Shown here one piece after another: positions 53,058 to 64,000 of a stretch of DNA of 64,000 nt. The position numbers and the translations under genes were made by a program. Numbering within the stretch: position 1 is the stretch's first letter; each line of letters begins with the position of its first letter. The notes under the pieces were generated by a model. That model saw only the letters and a list, made by a program, of their open reading frames with translations. It did no database searches and was not told where the DNA came from. Source of the stretch: Gemmatimonadales bacterium (GTDB lineage Bacteria > Gemmatimonadota > Gemmatimonadetes > Gemmatimonadales > GWC2-71-9); NCBI GenBank assembly GCA_035526925.1, contig DATLBL010000100.1, forward strand, positions 37,570-101,569. The letters run 5' to 3'.

Positions 53058-54338
53058 CTACTGGTGCGGGACGGCAGCCGTGGCCGTCGCCGACTCTGCG
53101 AGCAGCTCCATGGCTGCTCGTCGTCCCGCGGCGAGTGCCCCCTGGATCGAGGCGTGTTCCACATGGTCGCCCGCAAGAAAGAGCCCTGGCGCGAGCCGCG
53201 CCGTTCGCGCACTCGGCGGCATGGTCGGCGGCGTCTGATCGGGCTGGGCCCAGCGAATCCGGTACGATCGAAGCAATGTCCACTCGGACGTCTGGTCGCC
53301 GAACCAGTCGCGAAGCTGCATCAGAACTTCACGCACCAACCGGGAGTCGTCGGCGGTGGGGTTGCCGAGTACCGTCGCGCTCACGAGCGATCGCCCGGCA
53401 GGGGCGTACTCCGGCGCGACTTCCGACATGACAGCGACGTTGTTGGCCGGACCGCGGGACTCGCCGTCGAGGATCAGGTACGGACCCTCGTAGGGCGGCC
53501 GTGGTGCCGCAAAATAGAGGTTGGTCACGGACCGGAAGACCGCCGGCGCGTTTCCACCGGTGAGGGCCGCGGCCACGTCACCCTCGGTCGCCACGACGAC
53601 GGCGGAGGCACCGACCCGACTCCCGTCGTCGAGCACGACTCCCGCGCGGTCCACTGCCGCCACGCGGACGCCGGTCCGCACGGCACCGGCGGGAAGCACG
53701 GCCGCCATCTGCGCCGGAATGGCCCCCATCCCCTGGGAGGGCACAGCGGTGTCTCCCTCGCCGAACATGCGAATCACGAACTCGAGCATGCGACTGGTCG
53801 TGGAGAGCTCGCGGCCGAGGAAGATGCCGCCGAGGAACGGCTGGAAGAAGCGCTCGATCAGTGCGTTCGAAAAATCCATGCGGGTGAGGGCCTGCATCGT
53901 GCTCGTCTCCGGTCGATCGAACAGCTGGTCGAGCGATCCGGCGCCGGCGCGCCGGCGCAGGGCGAGGACGCGCAGCTTGTCGGCCGGCGAGCCGATCGGG
54001 TTGACCAGCGAGCGCAGCGCGTCCGCGGGACGCCGGAACGGATCGGAGATCCGGTGGAAGCGGCCGCCGAAGCGAACGACGGCGCCGGGATAGAACGGCC
54101 GGAGGCGTAGCGCGGGATAGTCCAACTGCGCCTTGGCCTCCGGATAGGCGGTCAGGAGCACCTGGAAGCCGCGGTCGAGCAGGAAACCCTCGACCTCGTC
54201 GGTGCGGACCCGTCCGCCGACGCCGTCGGACGCTTCGAGCACCTCGACGTGTCTGCCGGCTCGGGCCAGCTCGCGCGCGCAGGCGAGGCCGGCGAGCCCG
54301 GCGCCGACAACGATGACGGGAGCGGTGGAGTCGGTCAT
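53058..54338 (-). CDS. NAD(P)/FAD-dependent oxidoreductase (amine oxidase / phytoene desaturase-like)
   Basis: The N-terminal dinucleotide fold is VIVVGAGLAGLACARELARAGRHVEVLEASDGVGGR. Length is 426 aa. Confidence 0.75.
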   Translation of the reverse strand: MTDSTAPVIVVGAGLAGLACARELARAGRHVEVLEASDGVGGRVRTDEVEGFLLDRGFQVLLTAYPEAKAQLDYPALRLRPFYPGAVVRFGGRFHRISDPFRRPADALRSLVNPIGSPADKLRVLALRRRAGAGSLDQLFDRPETSTMQALTRMDFSNALIERFFQPFLGGIFLGRELSTTSRMLEFVIRMFGEGDTAVPSQGMGAIPAQMAAVLPAGAVRTGVRVAAVDRAGVVLDDGSRVGASAVVVATEGDVAAALTGGNAPAVFRSVTNLYFAAPRPPYEGPYLILDGESRGPANNVAVMSEVAPEYAPAGRSLVSATVLGNPTADDSRLVREVLMQLRDWFGDQTSEWTLLRSYRIRWAQPDQTPPTMPPSARTARLAPGLFLAGDHVEHASIQGALAAGRRAAMELLAESATATAAVPHQ

Positions 54339-54466
54339 GGCAGATTATTATACCCCACATCCCGAGAGTATTTCCGCCCGCCCTTTCCTGTAGGAGCCGC
54401 GCCATCGCCACCACCGCTGCCGCGCCGCCGGCCTGGTCCCTGAAAGACGCCGAAAAGCTCTATAAC

Positions 54467-56326
54467 ATGAGCGGCTGGGGGCTGGGGTATTTCCGGATCA
54501 ACCCCGAGGGTCATGTCACCGTGCATCCGGACGCCAACCGGAAGCGCGGGCTCGATCTCTACCAGCTGGCCATGGACCTCAACGCCCAGGGGGTCGGGCT
54601 TCCGCTTCTGCTGCGCTTTTCCGACATCCTCCGATCGCGCATCCAGTCCCTGGCGTCCGAGTTCGCGAGCGCGATCAAGGAATTCGGCTACGAGGGAAGC
54701 TATACCACGGTCTATCCGGTGAAGGTCAACCAGCAGCGGCACGTGGTGCAGGAAATCGTGGAGTTCGGTGCGCCGCACGGCGTCGGCCTGGAATGCGGCA
54801 GCAAGCCCGAGCTGCAGGCCATCCTCGGTCTCAACGAGAGCACCAACCACCTCATCGTCTGCAACGGCTACAAGGACGAGGAGTTCATGCGCCTGGCGCT
54901 CATGGGGCAGAAGCTCGGCCACACGGTCATGATCGTGCTCGAGCAGTTGAACGAACTCGAAGTGCTGCTCAAGGTGGCCGACGAGATGGGCGTACGGCCG
55001 ACGGCGGGCGTGCGGGTCAAGCTCGCCACCGAAGGGTCGGGGCGGTGGGCCAAGAGTGGCGGCGAGCGCTCCAAGTTCGGGCTGGGCGCGGTCGAGCTGA
55101 TGCGGCTGCTCGACGAACTCGACCGTCGCGGCCGGAAGGACATTCTCAAACTGGTCCACTTCCACCTCGGCAGCCAGATCACCGACATCCGCTACGTCAA
55201 AGCGGGGCTCGAGGAGATCGCCCGGTACTACGCGGAGCTGCGGGGGATGGGGTTCGACCTGACGCACGTCGACGTGGGCGGCGGACTCGGCGTGGACTAC
55301 GACGGGTCGCGGTCCACGCGACCGGCGAGCATGAACTACTCGATGCGCGAGTACGCCAACGACGTCGTCTACACGGTCGGCGGTGTTTGCCGGACCGAAG
55401 GGCTGCCGATGCCGCATCTGATCTCCGAGTCCGGCCGGGCGATCACGGCGCACCATTCGCTGCTGCTGATCAACGTCATCGACGTCGAGTCGCAGATCGA
55501 GCCCAAACCCCCCGCGCTCGAGAAGGACGCGCACCCGTTGCTGGTGGAGATGGCCGAGAACCTCGAAGGGCTTGGCGCGGACCGTGTGGAGGAGGTGTTC
55601 CACGACGCCGTGTTCGCGAAGGAGCGGGCGCAGGAGTATTTCGCGAGCGGAGTGTTCTCGCTTCGCGACAAGGCCAACGCGGACCAGCTCTACCTGGTCA
55701 CGCTCAACACGATTCAGCACACGATGGGCGAGGACCGAGCGGCGTACCCCGAGATCGCGGCGCACATCGATGCCGAGCTGGTGGACCGATACTTCTGCAA
55801 CTTCTCGGTGTTCCAGTCGCTCCCGGACAACTGGGCCATCGACCAGCTGTTCCCCATCATGCCGATCCACCGGCTGACCGAGGCGCCGAGGCGGCGGGGC
55901 ACGCTGCAGGACGTCACCTGCGACTCGGACGGTGTCATCGATCGCTTTACCGGCGGACGGAAGGGCAAGCCGTCGCTGGAGCTGCACCCGGTGCGCGAGG
56001 GTGAGCCGTACATCCTCGGCATCTTCCTGACCGGCGCCTACCAGGAGATCCTGGGCGACCTCCACAATCTGTTCGGCGATACCAACGCGGTGCACGTCCG
56101 GCTCACCGAGCAGGGGTACGAGATCACCGATCTGGTGCACGGAGACACGGTGACCGAGGTGCTCAACTACGTCCAGTTCACCGCCTCCGACCTGCTCGCC
56201 ACCTTCCGCCGCAAGGTCAGCACCGCCAAGGACCTGAGCCGCCAGGAGGCGAACTCGTTTATTGCCGACTTCGTCGCGGGGCTCGAGGGGTACACCTACT
56301 TGGAAGGCGATGTGCCGGTAGGCTAG
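54467..56326 (+). CDS. speA: biosynthetic arginine decarboxylase
   Basis: YPVKVNQQRHVV (PLP lysine), GLECGSKPEL, HFHLGSQ, DVGGGLGVDY and CDSDG are present. Coordinates run from the first canonical ATG; see the finding on the N-terminus. Confidence 0.9.
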   Translation: MSGWGLGYFRINPEGHVTVHPDANRKRGLDLYQLAMDLNAQGVGLPLLLRFSDILRSRIQSLASEFASAIKEFGYEGSYTTVYPVKVNQQRHVVQEIVEFGAPHGVGLECGSKPELQAILGLNESTNHLIVCNGYKDEEFMRLALMGQKLGHTVMIVLEQLNELEVLLKVADEMGVRPTAGVRVKLATEGSGRWAKSGGERSKFGLGAVELMRLLDELDRRGRKDILKLVHFHLGSQITDIRYVKAGLEEIARYYAELRGMGFDLTHVDVGGGLGVDYDGSRSTRPASMNYSMREYANDVVYTVGGVCRTEGLPMPHLISESGRAITAHHSLLLINVIDVESQIEPKPPALEKDAHPLLVEMAENLEGLGADRVEEVFHDAVFAKERAQEYFASGVFSLRDKANADQLYLVTLNTIQHTMGEDRAAYPEIAAHIDAELVDRYFCNFSVFQSLPDNWAIDQLFPIMPIHRLTEAPRRRGTLQDVTCDSDGVIDRFTGGRKGKPSLELHPVREGEPYILGIFLTGAYQEILGDLHNLFGDTNAVHVRLTEQGYEITDLVHGDTVTEVLNYVQFTASDLLATFRRKVSTAKDLSRQEANSFIADFVAGLEGYTYLEGDVPVG

Positions 56327-56469
56327 CTCGGCCTCGGACATCGCGGCTGGCGTGCCGGTGCACCTTGTGATGCTGAGGCGGGACGAGGGGGCTGGCTGGA
56401 GCGCCACAAAAGGACGCAGTGTCGCCCCGGCGAGCCCCCCTCGTCCCGCCGGCCACCGTCAGCCCGACG

Positions 56470-58425
56470 CTACGCCTCCTGCGATTCGTACATGTCCTTG
56501 AGCTTGCTGACGACGGCCGGATCAGCGAGCGTCGTCGTGTCGCCCAGCGCGCGGCCTTCGGCGATGTCCTTCAGGAGCCGCCGCATGATCTTCCCGCTCC
56601 GAGTCTTGGGCAGGTCGGCGGAGAAGAAGATGTCGTCGGGCTTGGCAATCGAGCCGATCTTCTGGGCCACGTGCGCTTTGAGGTCGTCCTTGAGCCCGGC
56701 GCTCGCCTGGTGGCTGTCCTTCAAGGTGACGAAGGCGGCGAGGGCCTGACCCTTGAGGTCGTGCGCCTTGCCGACCACGGCGGCCTCAGCCACGGCCGGA
56801 TGCTCCACGAGGGCGCTCTCCACTTCCATCGTGCCGATCCGGTGGCCCGCCACATTGAGCACGTCGTCTACCCGCCCGAGAATCCACCAGTAGCCGTCTT
56901 CGTCCAGCTTGGCGCCGTCGCCCGCGAAGTAGCGGCCCGGGAAGCGGGACCAGTAGGTATCCTGGTAGCGTTGATCGTCGCCGTAGATCGTGCGGAGCAT
57001 GCCGGGCCACGGCTCGGCGAGCGTGAGATATCCGCCGCCCTGCGGCAGCACCTTGCCGGTGTTGTCGACGAGCTCGGCCACCACGCCGGGGAACGCGGTG
57101 GTCGCGGAGCCTGGCTTGGTGGTGGTGACGCCCGGCAGCGGCGAGATCATGATCCCGCCGGTCTCGGTCTGCCACCAGGTGTCCACGATCGGGCAGCGGC
57201 CGCCCCCGATGTTGGTATGGTACCAGATCCATGCCTCGGGATTGATCGGCTCGCCGACGCTGCCAAGGAGCCGGAGCGTGGACAGGTCGTGGCGACCCGG
57301 GTGTGCGGTGCCCCATTTCATGAACGCGCGGATGGCCGTCGGGGCGGTGTAGAGGATGGTAACGCCGTAGTTTTCGACGAGCGCCCAGAACCGGTCGCGC
57401 TCCGGCCAGTCGGGCGCCCCCTCGTACATCAGGATGGTGGCGCCGTTGGCGAGCGGACCGTAGACCACATATGAATGGCCCGTCACCCAGCCGATGTCCG
57501 CCGTGCACCAGAACACGTCGTTCGGCTTCAGATCGAAGACGTGCCTCGTGGTGGCGGCCACCTGCGTCAAGTAGCCGCCCGTCGTGTGCACGATGCCCTT
57601 GGGCTTACCCGTCGTGCCCGACGTGTAGAGGATGAACAGCAGGTCTTCGGCGTTCATCGGCTCCGGCGGGCAGTCGCTCGACGCGGTATCGAGCAGCCGG
57701 TGCCACCAGTGGTCCCGACCCTCCTGCATCGTGGCGAAGGACTCGTCGCCCTGGCCCCCGGCGCGCCGCTGCACGACGATGCAATGCTCGATCGACGGCG
57801 ACTCGGCCATCGCCTGATCGGCCATTCGCTTGAGCGGAACGATCTGCCCGCGGCGGTAGCCGCCGTCGGCCGTGATGAGCACGCGCGCCTTCGCGTCGTT
57901 GACCCGGTCCCGGACGGACTCCGCGGAGAAGCCGCCGAAGATCACCGAATGCACGGCGCCGATGCGCGCGCACGCCAGCATGGCGATGGCCGATTCGGGG
58001 ACCATCGGAAGGTAGATGGCGACACGGTCGCCCTTCCGAACCCCGAGGCCTTTGAGCGCGTTGGCGGCCCGCCGCACCTCGCGCGCCAGATCCCAGTACG
58101 TGAGCACCCGACGGTCGCCGGGCTCGCCCTCCCAGATGATCGCGGCGGTGTTGCGGAGCGGGCCGGTCAGGTGCCGGTCCAGGCAGTTGGCCGCGACGTT
58201 CAGCCGGCCGCCGACGAACCACCGGGCGTGGGGTGGTGTCCAGTCGAGCACGCGATCCCATGGACGAATCCAATCGAGGCTGCGCGCCTGCTCCGCCCAG
58301 AAGCCCTCGCGGTCCCGCCCGGCCGACTCGTACAGGGCGGCGGTCGCATTCGCCTGCTCGGCGAACGCGTTCGGGGGCGGGAACCGGCGCTGCTCGGAGA
58401 GCAGCGTGTCGAGCTGGTCGGACAT
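56470..58425 (-). CDS. acs: acetyl-CoA synthetase
   Basis: 651 aa with [11 protein letters not shown] and the C-terminal SGKIMRR lysine motif. AcsA-like throughout. Confidence 0.95.
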   Translation of the reverse strand: MSDQLDTLLSEQRRFPPPNAFAEQANATAALYESAGRDREGFWAEQARSLDWIRPWDRVLDWTPPHARWFVGGRLNVAANCLDRHLTGPLRNTAAIIWEGEPGDRRVLTYWDLAREVRRAANALKGLGVRKGDRVAIYLPMVPESAIAMLACARIGAVHSVIFGGFSAESVRDRVNDAKARVLITADGGYRRGQIVPLKRMADQAMAESPSIEHCIVVQRRAGGQGDESFATMQEGRDHWWHRLLDTASSDCPPEPMNAEDLLFILYTSGTTGKPKGIVHTTGGYLTQVAATTRHVFDLKPNDVFWCTADIGWVTGHSYVVYGPLANGATILMYEGAPDWPERDRFWALVENYGVTILYTAPTAIRAFMKWGTAHPGRHDLSTLRLLGSVGEPINPEAWIWYHTNIGGGRCPIVDTWWQTETGGIMISPLPGVTTTKPGSATTAFPGVVAELVDNTGKVLPQGGGYLTLAEPWPGMLRTIYGDDQRYQDTYWSRFPGRYFAGDGAKLDEDGYWWILGRVDDVLNVAGHRIGTMEVESALVEHPAVAEAAVVGKAHDLKGQALAAFVTLKDSHQASAGLKDDLKAHVAQKIGSIAKPDDIFFSADLPKTRSGKIMRRLLKDIAEGRALGDTTTLADPAVVSKLKDMYESQEA

Positions 58426-58431
58426 GGATCC

Positions 58432-59742
<1,311 letters not shown>

Positions 59743-59814
59743 CAGGGTGGGAAGCACTGAGATTCCGAGTATAACTTGAGCCGGGTCCGCTCCGCCACCC
59801 GATTTTGACCGGAG

Positions 59815-60651
59815 TTGCATTTGACGAAGCCCGTACCATCCCTGGCCATGCGGGCCGCGGGAACGCTCGTGGGCCTCGCGGCTGGCCGGGCTCTCGCGCT
59901 CGGCGAGCGGCCCGACGGCAGCCTAGCGCTGACCCGGATATTGGCCGAGGATCTCGCCGCTGGCCGCCGAGATCTTCGAGCCCTCGCGCAGCGATGGGTC
60001 GAGCGCCACCGGGTCGAGCCGGCGGACATCGATCCGGAAACGGGGGCCGCCTTGTCGCACCTGGGGCGCCATGACGCACCGCCATCGCACGCGGCCGGGA
60101 GCGGAAGTGACGCACTCGTGCGTGTCGTTCCAGTGGCGCTGGCGGCGTTCGATGCTCCGCGGACCATGGTCAGCGCGACGTATCACATCGCGGCGCTCAC
60201 CCATCCGGATCCGGTGGTCACGTGGGCGGCGGTGGCGGTCAACGTCGCGCTCGCACGATTTCTCCAGGGTAAGCGTGACTTCGTCCCCGACGTCGTCGAG
60301 GCACTCCGCAACAACGAGGTGCCGGCGGCGCTGCTCGCGGCCGTACGACGGGTGCCGCTGCCTCCGCGCTCTGGCAGTCCGGCGGCGCTGGGGGGGGCGC
60401 TCGACGACGCGGAGGCGGCGCTCCGGCTCGCGTACCACGAGCCGCTGCTCGAGCGGGGTCTCGAGGCCACTGCGCGACCGGGTAGCCACGCCGCCGGTCG
60501 CGCCGGGCTCGCCGGAGCGCTGCTCGGGGCAAGGGACGGCGTGGGCGCCATTCCCCGCATCTGGACCTCGCGCGTGGAGGCGAGCATCTTGGAGGCCCAC
60601 GCCGCGCGACTGGTGCGCGTGGAGCCAGCCGTCGCCCGGAACGCGACCTGA
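59815..60651 (+). CDS. ADP-ribosylglycohydrolase-family-like protein (possibly degenerate)
   Basis: GTLVGLAAGRALALG near the N-terminus, ALTHPDP in the middle and GLAGALLGARDGVGAIP near the C-terminus resemble the ARH/DraG fold motifs. The start may be ATG 59848. Confidence 0.5.
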   Translation: MHLTKPVPSLAMRAAGTLVGLAAGRALALGERPDGSLALTRILAEDLAAGRRDLRALAQRWVERHRVEPADIDPETGAALSHLGRHDAPPSHAAGSGSDALVRVVPVALAAFDAPRTMVSATYHIAALTHPDPVVTWAAVAVNVALARFLQGKRDFVPDVVEALRNNEVPAALLAAVRRVPLPPRSGSPAALGGALDDAEAALRLAYHEPLLERGLEATARPGSHAAGRAGLAGALLGARDGVGAIPRIWTSRVEASILEAHAARLVRVEPAVARNAT

Positions 60652-60707
60652 CACCGCGATCCCAATCCTGCCGACCTGCTACCCGACTCCGACTGGAAGT
60701 TCCTTTC

Positions 60708-62225
60708 ATGCTCCGACGCCTGCTCCCGTACGCACTGCTGTACGCCGCTCCCGCGGCCGTCCAAGCCCAGGCCGCCGTGGATACCGCCGGTGCCGGCACA
60801 CTCGTGGCGCAGGCGATGGACCGCTCCGAGGTCATGGCCAACCTGCGGCACCTGAGCGACATCATCGGGCCGAGGCTGTCGGGCTCGGCGGCCATGCGCC
60901 GGGCCAACGACTGGACGGCCGAACGGTTCCGGGCCTATGGCCTCGCCGCCTCGCTCGAGCCGTACACCTTCGGTGTGACGTGGGAGCGTGGCCCCGCCGC
61001 GGTTCGCCTGATCGCGCCGTTCTCGCGAAGCATCACGGCGCACAGCTGGGCGTGGACGGTCGGCACCGGGGGCAGGGCGGTGAGCGGGCCGGTCGTGCTG
61101 GCGGACTTGAGCACGCCCGATAGCCTCGCCGCGTACAAGGGAAAGCTCCGCGGCGCGTGGGTGCTTCCCCGCTCGGCGTTCCCGCTGTGGAATCCGGATG
61201 GCCCCGAAAAAACTCCGGAGGACTCCACCCGGCTCGCCGAGACGCTGCGGCTTCGGAGCCTCGCCACCTCGGATACCTCGCCCGCGGCCGTGCTCGCGCG
61301 TCGTCAATACGGGCTGGATCTGCCGTACGTCCTCAAAGCCGCCGGGGCGCTCGGCACGCTGGTCGACGGCGCCAAGGAACATGCATTGCTGACCATGAGC
61401 GGGTCGCCCACCCGGGTGGCTCCGCTGCCGAATCTGGTGGTTTCACACGAGGATTACGCTATGCTCGAGCGCCAGGTGATCGCGGGCGCGAGCCCGCGGC
61501 TGGAGGCGCGGGTCGAGAATGGCCTCGGGCGAGTGCCGGTCCAGCAGTGGAACACCGTTGCCGAAATCCGGGGTACCGAGCATCCGGGCCAAGTCGTCAT
61601 TCTCGGTGCGCATCTGGATAGCTGGGACCTGGGGACCGGCGTGACGGACAACGGCACGGGGTCGATGGTCGTCCTGGAGGCCGCGCGCGCCATCGCGCAG
61701 TCGGGTCTCAGGCCGAAGCGGACCATCCGCTTCATCCTCTTCAGCGGGGAGGAGCAGGGGCTGCTCGGGTCGCGGGCGTACGCCGCGGCACATGCACCCG
61801 AGGCCGACAGCATTCAGGCAGTGCTGGTCCTGGACAATGGAACGGGCGCCATCCGCGGTCAGGCGCTGCAGGGCCGGCCCGAGCTCGAAGGGCTGTGGCG
61901 CGCACTGCTGGCGCCGGTGGCCGGCCTTGGCGCCGACTCCGTCCGCGACGCCAGCAAGTCCGGCACCGACCACCTCAGCTTTCTGGCCTACGGTGTGCCT
62001 GGCTTCAACTTCGACCAGCTGCCACGGGGCTACAACCACACCCACCACTCGCAGAGCGACACCTACGACAAGGCGGTGCCCGGGGACCTCAAACAGGCCG
62101 CCGCGGTCATGGCGGTCACGGCGTACGAGCTGGCCAACCTGGCCGAGCTGCTGCCGCGCGGTCCACGGCGACAGCCCGATCCGATCCCCACCAAGCCGTC
62201 GGCCGGGGTGGTCACGACGCATTGA
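60708..62225 (+). CDS. secreted M28-family aminopeptidase
   Basis: It has a signal peptide. Motifs are VILGAHLDSWDLGTGVTDNGTG and LFSGEEQGLLGS. Confidence 0.85.
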   Translation: MLRRLLPYALLYAAPAAVQAQAAVDTAGAGTLVAQAMDRSEVMANLRHLSDIIGPRLSGSAAMRRANDWTAERFRAYGLAASLEPYTFGVTWERGPAAVRLIAPFSRSITAHSWAWTVGTGGRAVSGPVVLADLSTPDSLAAYKGKLRGAWVLPRSAFPLWNPDGPEKTPEDSTRLAETLRLRSLATSDTSPAAVLARRQYGLDLPYVLKAAGALGTLVDGAKEHALLTMSGSPTRVAPLPNLVVSHEDYAMLERQVIAGASPRLEARVENGLGRVPVQQWNTVAEIRGTEHPGQVVILGAHLDSWDLGTGVTDNGTGSMVVLEAARAIAQSGLRPKRTIRFILFSGEEQGLLGSRAYAAAHAPEADSIQAVLVLDNGTGAIRGQALQGRPELEGLWRALLAPVAGLGADSVRDASKSGTDHLSFLAYGVPGFNFDQLPRGYNHTHHSQSDTYDKAVPGDLKQAAAVMAVTAYELANLAELLPRGPRRQPDPIPTKPSAGVVTTH

Positions 62226-62260
62226 GTGCGGACTCGCGCCTCTCCTCACCCGGACGCGGC

Positions 62261-62292
62261 GAAGGGGACATGACGCGAGTCATGTCCCCTTC
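62261..62292. terminator. bidirectional terminator hairpin between the convergent M28 and queF genes
   Basis: GAAGGGGACATGAC-gcga-GTCATGTCCCCTTC forms a 14-bp perfect stem. Confidence 0.7.
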
Positions 62293-62323
62293 GAGGCACT
62301 CGGATGGCGGACCGCGCGCGGGC

Positions 62324-62716
62324 TCAGCCGGTGCCGGGCAGTGTCACCGTGCAGGTAGTGTCGAATCCGCCGCGCGTATTGTAGACCGTGATAACCATCA
62401 GCCGCTGCGGGCCGAGCACGCCGAACAGATCCTCCGCGATCTTGGCCGTGGCGTGTTCCTGGAAGATCCCGACGCTTCGATAGCTGGTGATATAGTACTT
62501 GAGGCTCTTGAGCTCGATGCATCGATCGCGAGGCACGTAGACGATGCGGAGCGTGGCGAAGTCAGGAAGTCCGCTGTAGGGACACACGGGGCTGAACTCC
62601 CGCGTCTCAGTCACGATCTCCTGATCGGGCCCGGCGTACTCGAAGGTCTCGAGCACCGCCACGTCCACCGCCTCGGGTCCGGTGAAGGGAATCGTCCTGC
62701 CTTCTGCGATCGCCAT
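62324..62716 (-). CDS. queF: NADPH-dependent 7-cyano-7-deazaguanine reductase (unimodular type)
   Basis: 130 aa with EFSPVCPYSGLPDFATLRIVYVP (catalytic Cys) and the QueF motif region ELKSLKYYITSYR. Confidence 0.9.
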   Translation of the reverse strand: MAIAEGRTIPFTGPEAVDVAVLETFEYAGPDQEIVTETREFSPVCPYSGLPDFATLRIVYVPRDRCIELKSLKYYITSYRSVGIFQEHATAKIAEDLFGVLGPQRLMVITVYNTRGGFDTTCTVTLPGTG

Positions 62717-62755
62717 CGGTCGTCCTCGTTAATGTCACAGCCAAGGTGATGAAGT

Positions 62756-64000
62756 CTAGCGCTCGTCCGCCAGGTGGACCATGCCCTGCTCGAGCCAGGT
62801 ATGCTCGTTCCGAATCACCCGCTGCGCGACCGCGTATGCCGCGAGGTCATCGTTGTCGAACACCGCCGCGAACCGCTCCTCGACCCGCCGGCGGGCCTGC
62901 CGGCTGAACAGGTCGGCGAGCTCGACCGGGCCCCGGTTCGTCGGATCCTTCCGCACCATGGTCTGGGCCCGGCTGCATGCCGCGGTGATCGCCAGCAGCT
63001 CGGCGCCGATCTCCACCAGGCGGCCGAGCACGGCTTGCCGCTTCTCGAGCTTCGGTCCGAACCGCACCATGCAGTGAAAGAGCGTCCGCGCCAGCTTGCG
63101 GCTCGCGCGATCGACGAACCGTACGTGCGCCGCGAGCGGCCCGAACTCACCGTACCCCAGCCGGCCCCGGAGTCCGAACCAGAGGCGCGGGTACCAGGTG
63201 GCGTAGAACACCGAGGAGCGCAGCAAGGCCGACAGCTTCTGCGACGTCGTGCTCTTCGGATCGATGAGGGCCCCCGCGACTTTGAGGTGGGTGTCCACCG
63301 CCTCGCGGGCGATGAACAGCCGCATGATCTCGCTCGAGCCCTCGAAGATCAGGTTGATCCGGAAGTCGCGCATCATTCGCTCGACCGGGTCGGGGCGCTC
63401 ACCTCGGCTCCGAAGGCTGTCGGCGGTCTCGTAGCCGCGCCCACCCTTGATCTGCAGCGTATCGTCCACGATCCGCCAGCCGACCTCGGTATTCCACATC
63501 TTGGCCATCGCGGCCTCGAGGCGGATGTCAGTGCTGCCGCGATCGGCCATCAGCGAGGCCAGGTCGGCCACCGCCTCCATCGCGAAAATCTCGGCCGTCA
63601 TCCGACCGATCTTCTGAGCGATCGCGTCGTGCTTGCCGATGGCCTGCCCCCACTGCACGCGCTCGGCCCCCCAGCGGCGCACGATTTCGAGCGCCCGCTT
63701 GGCGCCCGCCACGGCCGAGGCGGGCAAGGTCAGGCGTCCGGTATTGAGCGTCACGAGCGCGAGCTTCAGACCCTTTCCCTCGCCCCAGAGGACGTTCTCG
63801 ACCGGCACCTTCACGTCGGTAAAGCGGATGATGCCGTTTTCGATCGCTTTCAGGCCCATGAAATGGAGGCGCTGCACCACCTCGACCCCCGGCCAGTCGG
63901 TCTCAACGATGAACGCCGTGATCTTCTTGGTGCCGGTCCGCGCCATCACCACCATCAGCTCGGCCACGGTGCCGTTGGTGCACCAGAGCTTCTCGCCGTT
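62756..64000 (-). CDS. acyl-CoA dehydrogenase family protein (N-terminal part off the window)
   Basis: The frame stays open to the window end (..[22 protein letters not shown]). Acyl-CoA dehydrogenase middle and C-terminal motifs are present ([21 protein letters not shown]), with a long C-terminal extension. Confidence 0.8.
   Translation of the reverse strand, partial: NGEKLWCTNGTVAELMVVMARTGTKKITAFIVETDWPGVEVVQRLHFMGLKAIENGIIRFTDVKVPVENVLWGEGKGLKLALVTLNTGRLTLPASAVAGAKRALEIVRRWGAERVQWGQAIGKHDAIAQKIGRMTAEIFAMEAVADLASLMADRGSTDIRLEAAMAKMWNTEVGWRIVDDTLQIKGGRGYETADSLRSRGERPDPVERMMRDFRINLIFEGSSEIMRLFIAREAVDTHLKVAGALIDPKSTTSQKLSALLRSSVFYATWYPRLWFGLRGRLGYGEFGPLAAHVRFVDRASRKLARTLFHCMVRFGPKLEKRQAVLGRLVEIGAELLAITAACSRAQTMVRKDPTNRGPVELADLFSRQARRRVEERFAAVFDNDDLAAYAVAQRVIRNEHTWLEQGMVHLADER

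Noticed and set aside
54337-54393. 18-codon ORF (MADYYTPHPESISARPFL) in the speA upstream region
   Set aside because: Its ATG overlaps the divergent oxidoreductase start codon, it has no SD, and nothing supports conservation. It is most likely fortuitous.
54335-56407. 690-aa ORF antisense to speA
   Set aside because: It has no recognisable motifs, whereas speA on the plus strand has all decarboxylase signatures. This is a typical high-GC antisense ORF.

Overview
Very GC-rich bacterial chromosomal segment (GC not computed). Every frame carries long shadow ORFs, so I made calls from protein motifs I recognise, gene packing and start/stop context, not ORF length. I support about 50 protein genes and found no tRNA, rRNA, CRISPR array, transposase or integrase. 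Content is mostly core metabolism. It includes a glycogen cluster (GH57 branching enzyme, glgA, alpha-glucan phosphorylase), ettA, a thrA-thrB-thrC operon, pntAA-pntAB-pntB, a short Bacteroidetes-type primary-like sigma factor and acnA. It also includes infA, a cold-shock gene, queC-queE with a distant queF, speA, gltA-acs, and several peptidases (M1, M3, M28, M50). The sigma-factor type and the TIGR03545/TIGR03546 pair suggest an FCB-group organism such as Gemmatimonadota, at low confidence. The most unusual items:
1. A tightly coupled minus-strand signalling operon: GGDEF cyclase, CGNR zinc-finger protein, and a soluble protein with an N-terminal pseudokinase and a C-terminal active Ser/Thr kinase domain.
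2. A phased array of four TTCCC-N-GGAA palindromes in the divergent promoter region next to a lysine-rich SWIB-domain gene.
3. A DUF971 gene followed by two tandem paralogous uncharacterised membrane proteins.
4. A five-gene translationally coupled operon: secreted PIG-L deacetylase, ABC importer and MFS transporter.
5. A thermonuclease-like gene whose homology jumps frames twice.
All family assignments come from memory of motifs; no database search was possible.
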